From contig CAVTOC010000006.1 of NCBI GenBank assembly GCA_963736335.1, forward strand, positions 650,140 to 714,139: a stretch of DNA of 64,000 nt. Direction: 5' to 3'. Of this stretch, positions 17,955-27,071 are shown piece after piece. Each line of letters starts with the position of its first letter. The first letter of the stretch is position 1. The DNA comes from an uncultured Actinomycetes bacterium. GTDB lineage: Bacteria; Actinomycetota; UBA4738; HRBIN12. The translations under genes were made by a program, and so were the position numbers. The notes beneath the pieces are model-generated. The model was not told the origin of the DNA and did no database searches. It was given only the letters and a program-made list of their open reading frames with translations.

Positions 17955-18901
17955 CGGAACCCGCCTCCCTGGTAGTGGACCCATCGTCGCGACCCCTTCA
18001 CGATGGCGAGCGTGCAGATCATGGTGATGATGAACAGCACCCACGCCATGGCCGACGCGTAGCCCATGCGGAAGTCCTGGAATCCCTGTTGGTACAGGTA
18101 GATCGCAGTAGAAGAGCATCGAACCTTGGGGCGCGCCCAGGTTGGCGGCCGCCTCCGTCACCGAGCTCCCCGTCGCCGCCAGGCTCGCCACGTACGCCTG
18201 CGTGAAGAGCTGGAACCCGTAGATCACGCCGATGACGAGGGAGAAGAAGATCACCGGCGAGATCATGGGCAGCGTGACGAACCGGAACTTCTGCCGGCCG
18301 TTCGCGCCTTCGATCTCCGCCGCCTCATAGAGCTGCCGGGGAACGTCCAGCAGGCCGGCGAGGAAGATGATCATCGCGTCGCCGACACCCCACAGCCCGA
18401 GCATGACGAGACCCCACTTGGACGAGTTGGGACCGTAGAACCACAACGGAGGCTTGGCGACGCCCAGAGTGCATCAGGATCTGGTTGACGGGCCCGAACG
18501 ACGGGTTGAAGACGAGCACGAAGGCAAGCGCCGCCGCGGCGGGCGGGGCCATCGACGGCAGGAAGTACAGCGTGCGATACGTCCGCGACCCCGACCGAGG
18601 CAGCGTCAGCAGCCAGGCCGTGAAGATCGCGAACGCGATCCGCAGCGGGACCCCGACGATGATGATCCAGATCGTGTTGCGGAACGCCAGCCAGAAGAAC
18701 GGGTCCTTCGTGAACATGAACGTGTAGTTCTGCGGTGCCGATCCACACGGGCTGTTCGAGCAGGCTGTACTTCGTGAACGAGAAGTACAGGCTCGACACC
18801 ATCGGATACAGGATCAGCAGCAGGAACCCGAGGATCCACGGCGACATGAACAGCAGCACCGTCAGGCCGCGCTTGACGTTGCGCTTCCGGGGCCGACGCA
18901 C
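17951..18901 (-). pseudogene. Carbohydrate ABC transporter permease (MalF/AraP-like) with about 3 frameshifts
   Basis: Pieces: (GTG at 18901) RRPRKRNVKRGLTVLLFMSPWILGFLLLILYPMVSSLYFSFTKYSLLEQPVWIG | FTKDPFFWLAFRNTIWIIIVGVPLRIAFAIFTAWLLTL...GPVNQILMHSG | WFYGPNSSKWGLVMLGLWGVGDAMIIFLAGLLDVPRQLYEAAEIEGANGRQKFRFVTLPMISP...GSMLFY | AIYLYQQGFQDFRMGYASAMAWVLFIITMICTLAIVKGSRRWVHYQGGGFR. The stop overlaps the next ATG (ATGA). Confidence 0.8.
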
Positions 18902-18971
18902 GATGGCGTCGGCCCCGGAGGCGATCCCCGATCCCTGCTAATCCGGTCGTGCTCGTCGCACGTTCCTCTCG

Positions 18972-20337
18972 CTAGATCGCCGCTTGCGCGAGTAGATCGT
19001 TGATCTGCTTCGCGACGCTCGTGAGGCCAGCGTCGAGGTCCGTTTCCTTCCCTGCCTGCCAGTTCGCGGCGAACGCCCCAGGATGTCCTGATCCGCCGCG
19101 CCGATGGCCGACGGCTCCTTGTAGTGGGAGTTCGGGGTTCTCGAAGATGTCCAGGAACGTCTGGAACTGCGGGGTCACATCCAGGTCCGGCGAGCTGAGC
19201 GAGTCGAGCGTCGTCGGCACGTTCCGGACGTTGTTGGCCATGTACACCAGCGTCGGCGGTGTCCGTCGCCATGTAGTCGACGAGCAGCCATGCCTCGTCG
19301 GGGTGCGGCGAACCCTTCGGGATGCCGATGATCGTGCCGCCGACCGGCCCGCGCCCGTAGGTGGTCCACCTGATCGTCGGGCAACGGAACGGAGCCGTCG
19401 CGTATTGCAGATCAGGCGCCTCGTCAGCGATGAACGCCGTCCGCCACTCGCCGTCGAAGTTCATCGCCACCCGGCCGGTCTGCGAAGTCCTGTGCGCGTC
19501 GAGAACTCGTCTCCCGCATCCAGCCACGAACCGCTGCAACTGGTCGGACCCCGTCTGGAAGTCGCCGCCTCCGTATACGTTTGCGATGAAGTCGTGCTGC
19601 CATTGGAACATGGCTTTCCACGCGGGGTCGGTGTCCACCACCGATCTTCGTGCCGTCGTCGTTGTACCACTTCGCGCCGAAGAGGTTCCCCAGGTTGCGG
19701 CGTGCTGAACTCGTAGTGGCCGAACCACGGGACGAAGCCGGCGACCTTGATCGATCCGTCGGAGTTGAAGACCGTGAGCTTCTTCGCGTCGGCCTCGAGC
19801 TCGGTGAGCGTCTTCGGGCGCGTCCGCGATACCCGCCTTCTTGAACATATCCGTGTTGTAGTACAGGCCCGTAGGCGTCCGTGAGGAACGGGAACGCGCA
19901 GCGGCTCCCGCGAAGCTCGTGTAGGCCTCGACCGACGGCGGGAACTGGCTGACGTCGAACCCGCTCTGCTCGATGTACGGGTTCAGGTCCTGCCACGCGC
20001 CGGAGGCGCAGAACTGTCCCACGCTGTCCAGCGTGAACGAGAGGACGGCGTCGGGCGGGTTGCCGCGTTGATCGAGGCGATGATCTTCTGGTCGTTCACG
20101 CCACCCACGCTGTTGACCGTGATCCAGGGGTACTTCTCCGTGAAACCGTTGAAGATCTGGTTGAACTGCTGGAGCTCGCGACCGGTCCAGGCGCCCCAGA
20201 TCGTGCAACGTCACCGGTGCGTGCGAGGTACCGCTGCCCGTGTCGATCGCGGACGGCGCATCGCTGCTGCCGCCGCCGGCGGTGCACGCCGCGGTCACCA
20301 GCGCGAACGTCGTCATGGCGATGAGCCATCGCTTCAT
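18972..20337 (-). pseudogene. ABC sugar-binding lipoprotein with at least 12 frameshifts
   Basis: ATG at 20337 with GGAGGGA upstream. Lipoprotein signal MKRWLIAMTTFALVTAACTAGG. Sensible sequence hops between frames: ...HAPVTL | IWGAWTGRELQQFNQIFNGFTEKYPWITVNSVGGVNDQKIIASINA | GNPPDAVLSFTLDSVGQFCASGAWQDLNPYIEQSGFDVSQFPPSVEAYTSFAG | GSRCAFPFLTDAYG | LYYNTDMFKKAGIADAP | KTLTELEADAKKLTVFNSDGSIKVAGFVPWFGHYEFSTPQ | NLGNLFGAKWYNDDGTKI | VVDTDPAWKAMFQWQHDFIANVYGGGDFQTGSDQLQRFVAG | ... | ANNVRNVPTTLDSLSSPDLDVTPQFQTFLDIFENP | NSHYKEPSAIGAADQDILG | AFAANWQAGKETDLDAGLTSVAKQINDLLAQAAI. Confidence 0.8.
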
Positions 20338-20355
20338 GTCTCGTCTCCCTCCTCT

Positions 20356-20383
20356 GGGATCGGGACCAGGGTCCCTGATCCCC
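20356..20383. promoter_or_regulatory. Imperfect 12-13-bp inverted repeat between rok and the binding-protein gene (terminator, attenuator or operator)
   Basis: GGGATCGGGACC-A-GGGTCCCTGATCCC. It lies 40 nt after the rok stop and about 20 nt before the SBP ribosome-binding site. Confidence 0.3.
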
Positions 20384-20423
20384 TCGCTCTTCATCCAAGT
20401 ACGATCCCGCGCGACGTCCGGGA

Positions 20424-21638
20424 TCATGCGGACGCCTCTCCTCGTGCGAACAGCTGATCCTGCGCGGCCTGCAGCGCCATCGACACCGAGCCGTAGAGCG
20501 TCGCCTCCTGCTGCAGGGTCGAGCACTCCACCCGAGGGCGGAACGGCGACAGCTCACGCAGCTCGCGGGCGACAGGATCCAACAGGAGGTCACCGTTGGA
20601 GCCGATGCCGCCACCCAGGATCACCAGCTCCGGATCGACCACCGACGCCACCGCGACGATCGCGAGCGCGATCCGATGCGCCTCGGCAGCGACCACCCGG
20701 CGAGCCTTGCGATCGCCTCGCCGAGCCTCCTCGAACACCTTCTTCGCGGTCAGCGGCGGCGGCATCCCCAGCCGGCGCGCGTCGGCGACGACCCCGGTCG
20801 CGCTCGCCGCGGCATCGAGGGCTCCACGACGTCGGCTCGACGGGTCTCGGAGATCGGTCTCGGCCAGCGGCATGTATCCGACCTCGCCGGCCGCGCCGGC
20901 GCTCCCCCGGTACAGCTCGCCGTTCAGAACCATTCCCATCCCGACGCCGGTGCCCAGATGCAGATACACGAAGTCGTCGACGCCCTTGCCGAGTCCCTGC
21001 CACTGCTCGCCGATCGCGGCGAGGTTCACATCGTTCTCGAACGCGATGTTCGTCCCGAGCTCGTGTTGAACGAGCTCGACCAGCCCCTGCCGTCCCCATC
21101 CCGGCAGCGCGTATGCGAGTGAGACCTGACCGCGCTCCGGCTCGAACACGCCGGGGCTCCCGACGACCGCGAACGTCACCTGCCCCCACTTGATGCCGGC
21201 ATCGGCGGCAAGAGCGTGCGCGATGGCGCCGATCTGCGTGATGAGGGTCTTCGCGCTCTTCACCTGGGCGCGCTCGTCCCGGCGGGCGACGAACTGACCG
21301 GTGACGTCGGCGATCGCGGCACGAACCCAATCCCTGCCGACGTCGATCCCGACGACCCATCCTGCCTGGGGGTTCAACTCGTAGAGCAGGGCGGTCGGGC
21401 CCTTCCCGCCGCTGGTGCGGCCGGCCTCCCGAACCAGGCCGGCGTCGAGCAACGTCAAGAGTGCCTGCGACACCGTGGGTTTCGACAGCGCGGTCTCGCG
21501 GGCGATCTGCGCACGCGAGACGGGGCCAACCCGCCGGACGCTCTCGAGGACCGTCCGCTCGTTGATCGCCCGAAGCAGGCTTGGGGTGCCACCGACGGAC
21601 GTGCGCTCGACGCTCGTTTCGCCCTCCCCCCAGCGCAA
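20424..21638 (-). CDS. ROK-family transcriptional regulator (NagC/XylR-like)
   Basis: N-terminal wHTH LLRAINERTVLESVRRVGPVSRAQIARETALSKPTVSQALLTLLDAGLV, followed by a ROK sugar-kinase-like fold (VGIDVGRDWV..., GAAGEVGYMPL). The only in-frame start is TTG at 21638. Confidence 0.85.
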   Translation of the reverse strand: MRWGEGETSVERTSVGGTPSLLRAINERTVLESVRRVGPVSRAQIARETALSKPTVSQALLTLLDAGLVREAGRTSGGKGPTALLYELNPQAGWVVGIDVGRDWVRAAIADVTGQFVARRDERAQVKSAKTLITQIGAIAHALAADAGIKWGQVTFAVVGSPGVFEPERGQVSLAYALPGWGRQGLVELVQHELGTNIAFENDVNLAAIGEQWQGLGKGVDDFVYLHLGTGVGMGMVLNGELYRGSAGAAGEVGYMPLAETDLRDPSSRRRGALDAAASATGVVADARRLGMPPPLTAKKVFEEARRGDRKARRVVAAEAHRIALAIVAVASVVDPELVILGGGIGSNGDLLLDPVARELRELSPFRPRVECSTLQQEATLYGSVSMALQAAQDQLFARGEASA

Positions 21639-21654
21639 AGGAAACTTTCCTAAC
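21639..21654. promoter_or_regulatory. Palindromic operator candidate AGGAAACTTTCCTAAC (rok / degT divergent region)
   Basis: 6-1-6 palindrome AGGAAA-C-TTTCCT abutting the rok start. An identical 16-mer recurs (reverse complement) at 24347-24362. Confidence 0.6.
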
Positions 21655-21787
21655 TATTGCGGCGGATGCTACGCTGCGCCATTCGCCGGAGTCAAGACAG
21701 GTCCGTGCGGCGCCGGTGGCGTGCAAGATGCGTATGCACAGAAGGCACCCGGCACGTGAGCCGATACGTCAGGAGGGACACGAACCC

Positions 21788-23024
21788 ATGAAGGAACTGG
21801 CGATCAGTGGCGGCACGCCGGTCCGCTCGAGCGCCTACCCGGCATGGCCGAGCGGCGACGATCGAGAGATCGAGGCGGTCACCGACGTCATCCGCAACGG
21901 CGAGTGGGGTGGATTCCCCGAACCCGGGCGCTACGGCGGGCGGTTCGAAGAGGCGTTCGCCGCCTACCAGGGAGCGACCCACGGCATCCTGATGTCGAAC
22001 GGCACCATCACGATGGAGGTGGCGCTGAAGGCGCTGGGGATCGGATGGGGTGACGAGGTCATCATCCCTGCGCTCACGTTCGCGGCGACCGCGTACGCGC
22101 CGATCGCCGCGGGAGCGCTTCCCGTCATCGTCGACGTCTCCCCGGACACGTGGTGCATCGATCCCGATCTGGTGGAGGCGGCCATCACGCCCGCGCACCA
22201 AGGCCATCATGCCCGTCCATCTGGGGCATCAGATGGCCGACATGGACCGGATCATGGCGATCGCGGCGAAGCACGGCCTGGCCGTCGTCGAGGACTGCGC
22301 GCACGCGCACGGACAGCAGTGGCAGGGCAAGGGTGCGGGCTGCATCGGCGACTTCGGTTCGTTCAGCCACCAATCCTCGAAGATCCTGACCGCCGGCGAA
22401 GGTGGGTCGCTCCTCACGAGCGACGACGACCTCGCCCGCCGGGCCCACTCGCTGATCGACTGCGGCCGCGCGAAGGACCCGGATGAGAAGGAGTACACGT
22501 TCGGCGCCAACTACCGGCTCGGCGAACTCCACGCGGCGCTCCTGGTCGTCGCGATGGAGCGGTTCCCCGAACAGCAGGCCCAGCGCGCGGATGCGGGCAG
22601 GCTGTTCGAAGGGTTGGTGGCGCAGGTGCCCGGCGTCCGCGTGATGCCGGTGGACGCGAGGGTCACGCGCTGGTCCTTCTACAACTACATCCTCGCGATC
22701 GACCCCGACGCGTTCGCGGGCCGCACGAACGAGATCGTCTGTGCCGCTTTGGAGGCCGAGGGCATCCCGGCCGAGGTGCAGTACCCGTCGATGAACCGCT
22801 ACGAGCTCTTCCAGCCGTCGCTCTCTCGCCTACCGGTCTGCGTGGAGTTCGCCGACCGGTTGGACCCGCAACGGATGTCGTTCCCGGTGGCCGAGGCAGC
22901 CGGTCAACGGGAGTCCGTGTACTTCATGGAGAACGTCTTCCGCGACGGGACGAAGGGCGTCGAGGACGCCGTCGAGGCGGTCGCGAAGGTCCAGCGGCAC
23001 GCCGACGAGCTGCCCAAGGGGTAG
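21788..23024 (+). pseudogene. DegT/DnrJ/EryC1/StrS-family PLP aminotransferase with one frameshift near 22190
   Basis: ATG at 21788 with AGGAGGG upstream. MKELAISGGTPVRSSAYPAWP...IIPALTFAATAYAPIAAGALPVIVDVSPDTWCIDPDLVEAAITP continues in another frame as RTKAIMPVHLGHQMADMDRIMAIAAKHGLAVVEDCAHAHG...SFSHQSSKILTAGEGG (PLP lysine). The junction ACGCCCGCGCACC would be restored by removing one C. Confidence 0.75.
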
Positions 23025-23037
23025 CAAGCCCCGGTCG

Positions 23038-24312
23038 TCAGCTCCCGGGGAAGAACCGGGGCAGATGGTCCCGGTTGGCGTCCAAGAGCGCGCCGAGCAG
23101 CGGCTTCGCCGTGTCGTAGTCACCGATGAGCGGGTTCGTCATCAGCGCCTTCAACGCGTCCCCGCGGTCGCCGGACATCGCGGCCTTCGCCGTGAGGAGC
23201 TCGTAGGCCTTCGCGTGCTCGACCAGCCCGAGCATCTCGGGCGGCAGAGGATCCACGGCGAGTGGGTGCGCACCATCGCGATCGACGCGGGCCGCGACCT
23301 CGACCACGGCATCGTCCGGCAGGTTCGGCACGGCGCCGGCGTTCCGCATGTTCACCACCTGGATGTCGTTCGTGCCCGCGTGGAGCGACGCGACCAGCGC
23401 CGCGGCCGCGTCGCTATAGAACGCGCCGCCCCGCTCCTCGAGCAGCTTTGGCTTGGTGTCGAGCGCCGGGTCCTTGTAGAGCTCGAGCAGCCCGGCTTCG
23501 ATCTCCATCACCTCTTCCGCGCGCGTCTTTCCCGTCCGTTGCTGCTCGAGGACGCGATCGGTCAGGTAGTAGTAATGCAGGTAATACGACGGGATCGCAC
23601 CGATCTCACGGATGAGCTCTGCCGGCATGCTGGTCTCGTCGGCGACGAGGTCGATCGCGAGATCCAGGATCTCCGGCAACCGGTCGATGCCGTCAACCAG
23701 GACCTTGCGCTCCCACGTGAGGTGGTTGAGCCCGACGTGCTCCAGCTGCACCTGCTCTGGCCCCACGTCGAAGTGAGCCGCGAACCGCCGCTGGAACCCG
23801 ATCGCCACGTTGCAGAGGCCGAGCGCGCGATGACCTTCGTCCAGCAACGCTTGGGTCACCAACCCCGTCGGATTCGTGAAATCCACGAACCACGCTCCGG
23901 GGTTGCCGCGACGAGCGGTTTCCTCCGCAAGCTCCAGCACCATCGGAACCGTGCGCAGCGCCTTGGCGAACCCGCCGGCGCCGGTGGTCTCCTGGCCGAT
24001 GCATCCGAACCGGAGCGGGATCGTTTCGTCCTGGAACCGGGCGGCCTGGCCCCCCACGCGCAGTTGGACGATCACGAAGTCGGCGCCCTCGAGTGCCTCG
24101 TCTCGGTCGCTCGTCAGCGTCAGGTTCCCCGCCCAGCCGACCCGGCGCAGCATCCGCTCCGCGAGCGCGCCGACGATGGAGAGCCGCTCCGGGTCGATGT
24201 CCAGGAGCACCAGATCGTCGACCGGGAGCCGATCGCCACGGGTCACGAACCCCTCGACGAGCTCGGGCGTGTACGTGCTCCCGCCGCCGACGACCGTCAC
24301 CTTCACACCCAT
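23038..24312 (-). CDS. Glycoside hydrolase family 4 (6-phospho-beta-glucosidase, ChbF/CelF-like)
   Basis: MGVKVTVVGGGSTYTPELVEG (NAD fold), IVQLRVGG, CIGQETTGAGGFAKALRT, FTNPTG. The start was moved to ATG at 24312 (the track begins at 24369). Confidence 0.85.
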   Translation of the reverse strand: MGVKVTVVGGGSTYTPELVEGFVTRGDRLPVDDLVLLDIDPERLSIVGALAERMLRRVGWAGNLTLTSDRDEALEGADFVIVQLRVGGQAARFQDETIPLRFGCIGQETTGAGGFAKALRTVPMVLELAEETARRGNPGAWFVDFTNPTGLVTQALLDEGHRALGLCNVAIGFQRRFAAHFDVGPEQVQLEHVGLNHLTWERKVLVDGIDRLPEILDLAIDLVADETSMPAELIREIGAIPSYYLHYYYLTDRVLEQQRTGKTRAEEVMEIEAGLLELYKDPALDTKPKLLEERGGAFYSDAAAALVASLHAGTNDIQVVNMRNAGAVPNLPDDAVVEVAARVDRDGAHPLAVDPLPPEMLGLVEHAKAYELLTAKAAMSGDRGDALKALMTNPLIGDYDTAKPLLGALLDANRDHLPRFFPGS

Positions 24313-24338
24313 AGCGCGGGCATCGTACACTCCCGTCG

Positions 24339-25409
24339 ATGAAATCGTTAGGAAAGTTTCCTGACCCATTCATCGCGGAGATCTCGGGCCAGCCCGACGC
24401 GATCAGGCGGTCGGCGGACGGCCTCGCCGACCAACGGCCTGCGCTCGAGCGAGCGGCGGACGCCGGGAACGAACGGACGATCGTCTTCACCGGGATGGGG
24501 AGCTCGTACGACGCGTGCTACCCGGCGGTGACGGCGCTCGCAGTGGCGGGTGTGCCGGCCCTGCACATCGACGCGTCCGAGCTGCTGCACTTCCGCAGGA
24601 ACCTGCTCCCGCACGCCGGGCTCCTCGTCACGGTGAGCCAATCGGGTGAGAGCGCCGAGGTCGTTCGTCTGATCGAGGGGCTCGCGCGAGCCGACACCGC
24701 GCCGCTCGTCGTCGCGGTCACCAACGGGTCGAGCAACACGCTCACCGGACTGGCCGACGTCGTCCTCGACACGCGAGCGGGATTCGAGGTCGGGCCCTCG
24801 ACCATGACGTTCGCGGCCGCCCTCGTCGCGCTGGCGGCCGTGGGCAGGGTGCTGCGAGGCCAGGTGGCGGCGACGGCGATCGGCGAGGTCGATCGAGCGG
24901 CACGTTCGGCCGCCGACGCGCTCGAGGGCTTGCTCGGCGAGCCGGAACTCGCCGACGACCTCGCGACATGGCTCGGCGGCCGCACCAGCTCGGTCATCCT
25001 CGGCCGCGGCCCTGCCCGCGCCGCGGCCGAGATGGGCGCGCTCACGCTGAAGGAGGCCGTGGGGATGCCGATCGAGTCCCTCCAGACCGCCCAGTTCCGC
25101 CACGGACCCCTCGAGCTCGCGGGACCTGATCTCGCGGCGATGGTCATCGCCACCGAACCGGAGACGCGCGACCTCGACGTCGGTCTGTCGGGCGAGCTGG
25201 TCGCGCTGGGTGCGAACGCCGCGGTCGTCGTAGAGGGCGGAGGTACGCCCGACGGTGTCTTGCGGATCGACATCGGCCCCCAGGACCGCATGCTCGCTCC
25301 CGCCGTGTCCGTCCTCCCCGCGCAGCTCCTGGCATGGAAGCTCGCCGTCGACCGGGGCCGCCCGCCCGGTTCGTACGTCCGCGCGTCGAAGGTCACGACC
25401 CGTGAATGA
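24339..25409 (+). CDS. Double-SIS-domain sugar-phosphate isomerase/deaminase (GlmS C-terminal / AgaS / FrlB-like)
   Basis: IVFTGMGSSYDACYPAV and LVTVSQSGESAEVVRL motifs. A second SIS half is present. Confidence 0.8.
   Translation: MKSLGKFPDPFIAEISGQPDAIRRSADGLADQRPALERAADAGNERTIVFTGMGSSYDACYPAVTALAVAGVPALHIDASELLHFRRNLLPHAGLLVTVSQSGESAEVVRLIEGLARADTAPLVVAVTNGSSNTLTGLADVVLDTRAGFEVGPSTMTFAAALVALAAVGRVLRGQVAATAIGEVDRAARSAADALEGLLGEPELADDLATWLGGRTSSVILGRGPARAAAEMGALTLKEAVGMPIESLQTAQFRHGPLELAGPDLAAMVIATEPETRDLDVGLSGELVALGANAAVVVEGGGTPDGVLRIDIGPQDRMLAPAVSVLPAQLLAWKLAVDRGRPPGSYVRASKVTTRE
24347..24362. promoter_or_regulatory. Second copy of the palindromic operator (GH4 / SIS divergent region)
   Basis: GTTAGGAAAGTTTCCT is the reverse complement of AGGAAACTTTCCTAAC. 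It lies 35 nt from the GH4 ATG and overlaps codons 3-8 of the SIS ORF. Confidence 0.6.
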
Positions 25410-26022
25410 CGGTGCGCTCCTGCGCGTCGCGTTGACGTTCGACGCGGAACATCCGGACCGCCCCTGGTGTCCACCGGGCAACGTCGACCACATCCTCGAC
25501 ACGCTCGGGAACACGGGTGTGCGAGCCACGTTCTTCGTGCAAGGTCGCTGGGCACAGTCGCAGCCTTCGACCGCCAGGCGGATCGCTGACGAGGGACACT
25601 TGGTGGGACACCACTCGCACTACCACGCACGGATGCCGCTCCTGCACGACGACGGGTTGCGGAGCGATGTCCTTGATGCGCAAGCGGCGATCGAGGCGGC
25701 CACCGGCAGGGACCCTCGGCCGTGGTTCCGTTGTCCGTTCGGCGCCGGGTCGGACGACGATCGCGTCTTGGCCGTGCTGGAGACGCTCGGGTACCGCGAT
25801 GTCCACTGGCACGTCGAGCTCGAGGATTGGGAGGCGTTCCGAACCGGCTCGATGATCGCGCACGATGCGATCGAAGGCGTCCGCGCGCACGGTGACGGGG
25901 CGGTGGTCCTCCTGCACACGTGGCCGGGAGGCACCGGTGAGAGCATCGGGCCCATGATCGCGGGGCTCCGGGGCATCGGTGCATCGTTCGTGTCGATCGA
26001 CGAGCTGGACGACCTGCCGTGA
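25402..26022 (+). CDS. Polysaccharide/chito-oligosaccharide deacetylase (NodB homology domain)
   Basis: GTG at 25402 overlaps the SIS stop (GTGAATGA). LTFDAEHPD..., ATFFVQGRW, GHLVGHHSHYH, FRCPFG. Confidence 0.8.
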   Translation: MNDGALLRVALTFDAEHPDRPWCPPGNVDHILDTLGNTGVRATFFVQGRWAQSQPSTARRIADEGHLVGHHSHYHARMPLLHDDGLRSDVLDAQAAIEAATGRDPRPWFRCPFGAGSDDDRVLAVLETLGYRDVHWHVELEDWEAFRTGSMIAHDAIEGVRAHGDGAVVLLHTWPGGTGESIGPMIAGLRGIGASFVSIDELDDLP

Positions 26023-27068
26023 GCAAGCGCCCTGCCATCCTGGCCGTCGACGCCGGCGGTTCCAAGACCGACGTCGCCTTGCTGCGACGTGACGGCACGC
26101 TCCTCGGAGCCGCTCGGGTACACAGCCACGAGATCGACGGCCGAACGTGGCTCATACAGCCGCAGATCGAAGAACGCCATCTGGTGCCCGTCGGGGTCGC
26201 GATCGAGGAGGCCGCGCGTCAGGCGGGGGTCGACGCCGACCGCCTCCCCATCGCCGATCTCGGCGTGTTCTGTCTGGCAGGTGCGGACCTTCCTGCGGAC
26301 GATCGCCGGCTGCTTCGATGGATCCGCTCCAATGGGTGGACCGAAACGGACGTGCTCCGCAATGACACGTTCGCGGTGCTCCGTGCCGGAACCGACCGGC
26401 CGTGGGGAGTCGGTGTGGTGTGCGGCTACGGGACGAACTGCTCGGCGGTGGCGCCGGATGGGCGGATCACGCGGTTCCCCGCGATCGGTCCGATCTCGGG
26501 CGACTGGGGCGGTGGCGGCGACCTCGGCGGGCTCGCCGCATGGCACGCCGTGCGTTCGGAGGACGGCCGCGGCAGGAAGACGGCGCTGGAACGCGCCGTG
26601 CCGGCACATTTCGGTTTGAAACGACCGAGGCAGCTGATGGAGGCCATCTACTTCGGGCGCATCGACGAGCAGCGACTGGCGGAGGTGGCGCCCGTCTTGT
26701 TCAGGGTGGCGAGCCAGGGCGACGCCGTCGCGCGTGAGGTGGTCGAACGCCAGGCCGACGAGGTCGTGACGATGGCGGGAACCGCCATCCGACGGCTGCG
26801 CATGCAACGGCTCGATGTCCACGTGGTGCTCGGCGGCGGCGTCTTCCGCACGGATGATCACGCGTTCTTCGACCGGATCGACTCGGGTCTCCGCGAGATC
26901 GCTCCTGCCGCGGAGGTGCGCGTGCTGGACGCCCCGCCCGTCGCCGGGGCGGCGATGATGGGATTGGACCGACTCGAGGCGCCGAAGGGGGCGCAGGCTC
27001 GTCTGCGGCGTTCCTTGACCCACGAGCGTCTCGGAACGCAGACTCTGGCCCGACGGAAGGAGCGGTAA
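26019..27068 (+). CDS. BadF/BadG/BcrA/BcrD-type ATPase (N-acetylglucosamine kinase-like)
   Basis: ILAVDAGGSKTDVALL, GVVCGYGTNC, VVLGGGVF. There is a 4-bp start/stop overlap with the deacetylase gene. Confidence 0.8.
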   Translation: MSKRPAILAVDAGGSKTDVALLRRDGTLLGAARVHSHEIDGRTWLIQPQIEERHLVPVGVAIEEAARQAGVDADRLPIADLGVFCLAGADLPADDRRLLRWIRSNGWTETDVLRNDTFAVLRAGTDRPWGVGVVCGYGTNCSAVAPDGRITRFPAIGPISGDWGGGGDLGGLAAWHAVRSEDGRGRKTALERAVPAHFGLKRPRQLMEAIYFGRIDEQRLAEVAPVLFRVASQGDAVAREVVERQADEVVTMAGTAIRRLRMQRLDVHVVLGGGVFRTDDHAFFDRIDSGLREIAPAAEVRVLDAPPVAGAAMMGLDRLEAPKGAQARLRRSLTHERLGTQTLARRKER

Positions 27069-27071
27069 GCC

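Noticed and set aside
17022-20337. Programmed ribosomal frameshifting or recoding as an explanation for the broken ABC genes
   Set aside because: There are far too many sites, in both directions, with no shared slippery heptamer or downstream structure. Decay or sequence error is the simpler explanation.
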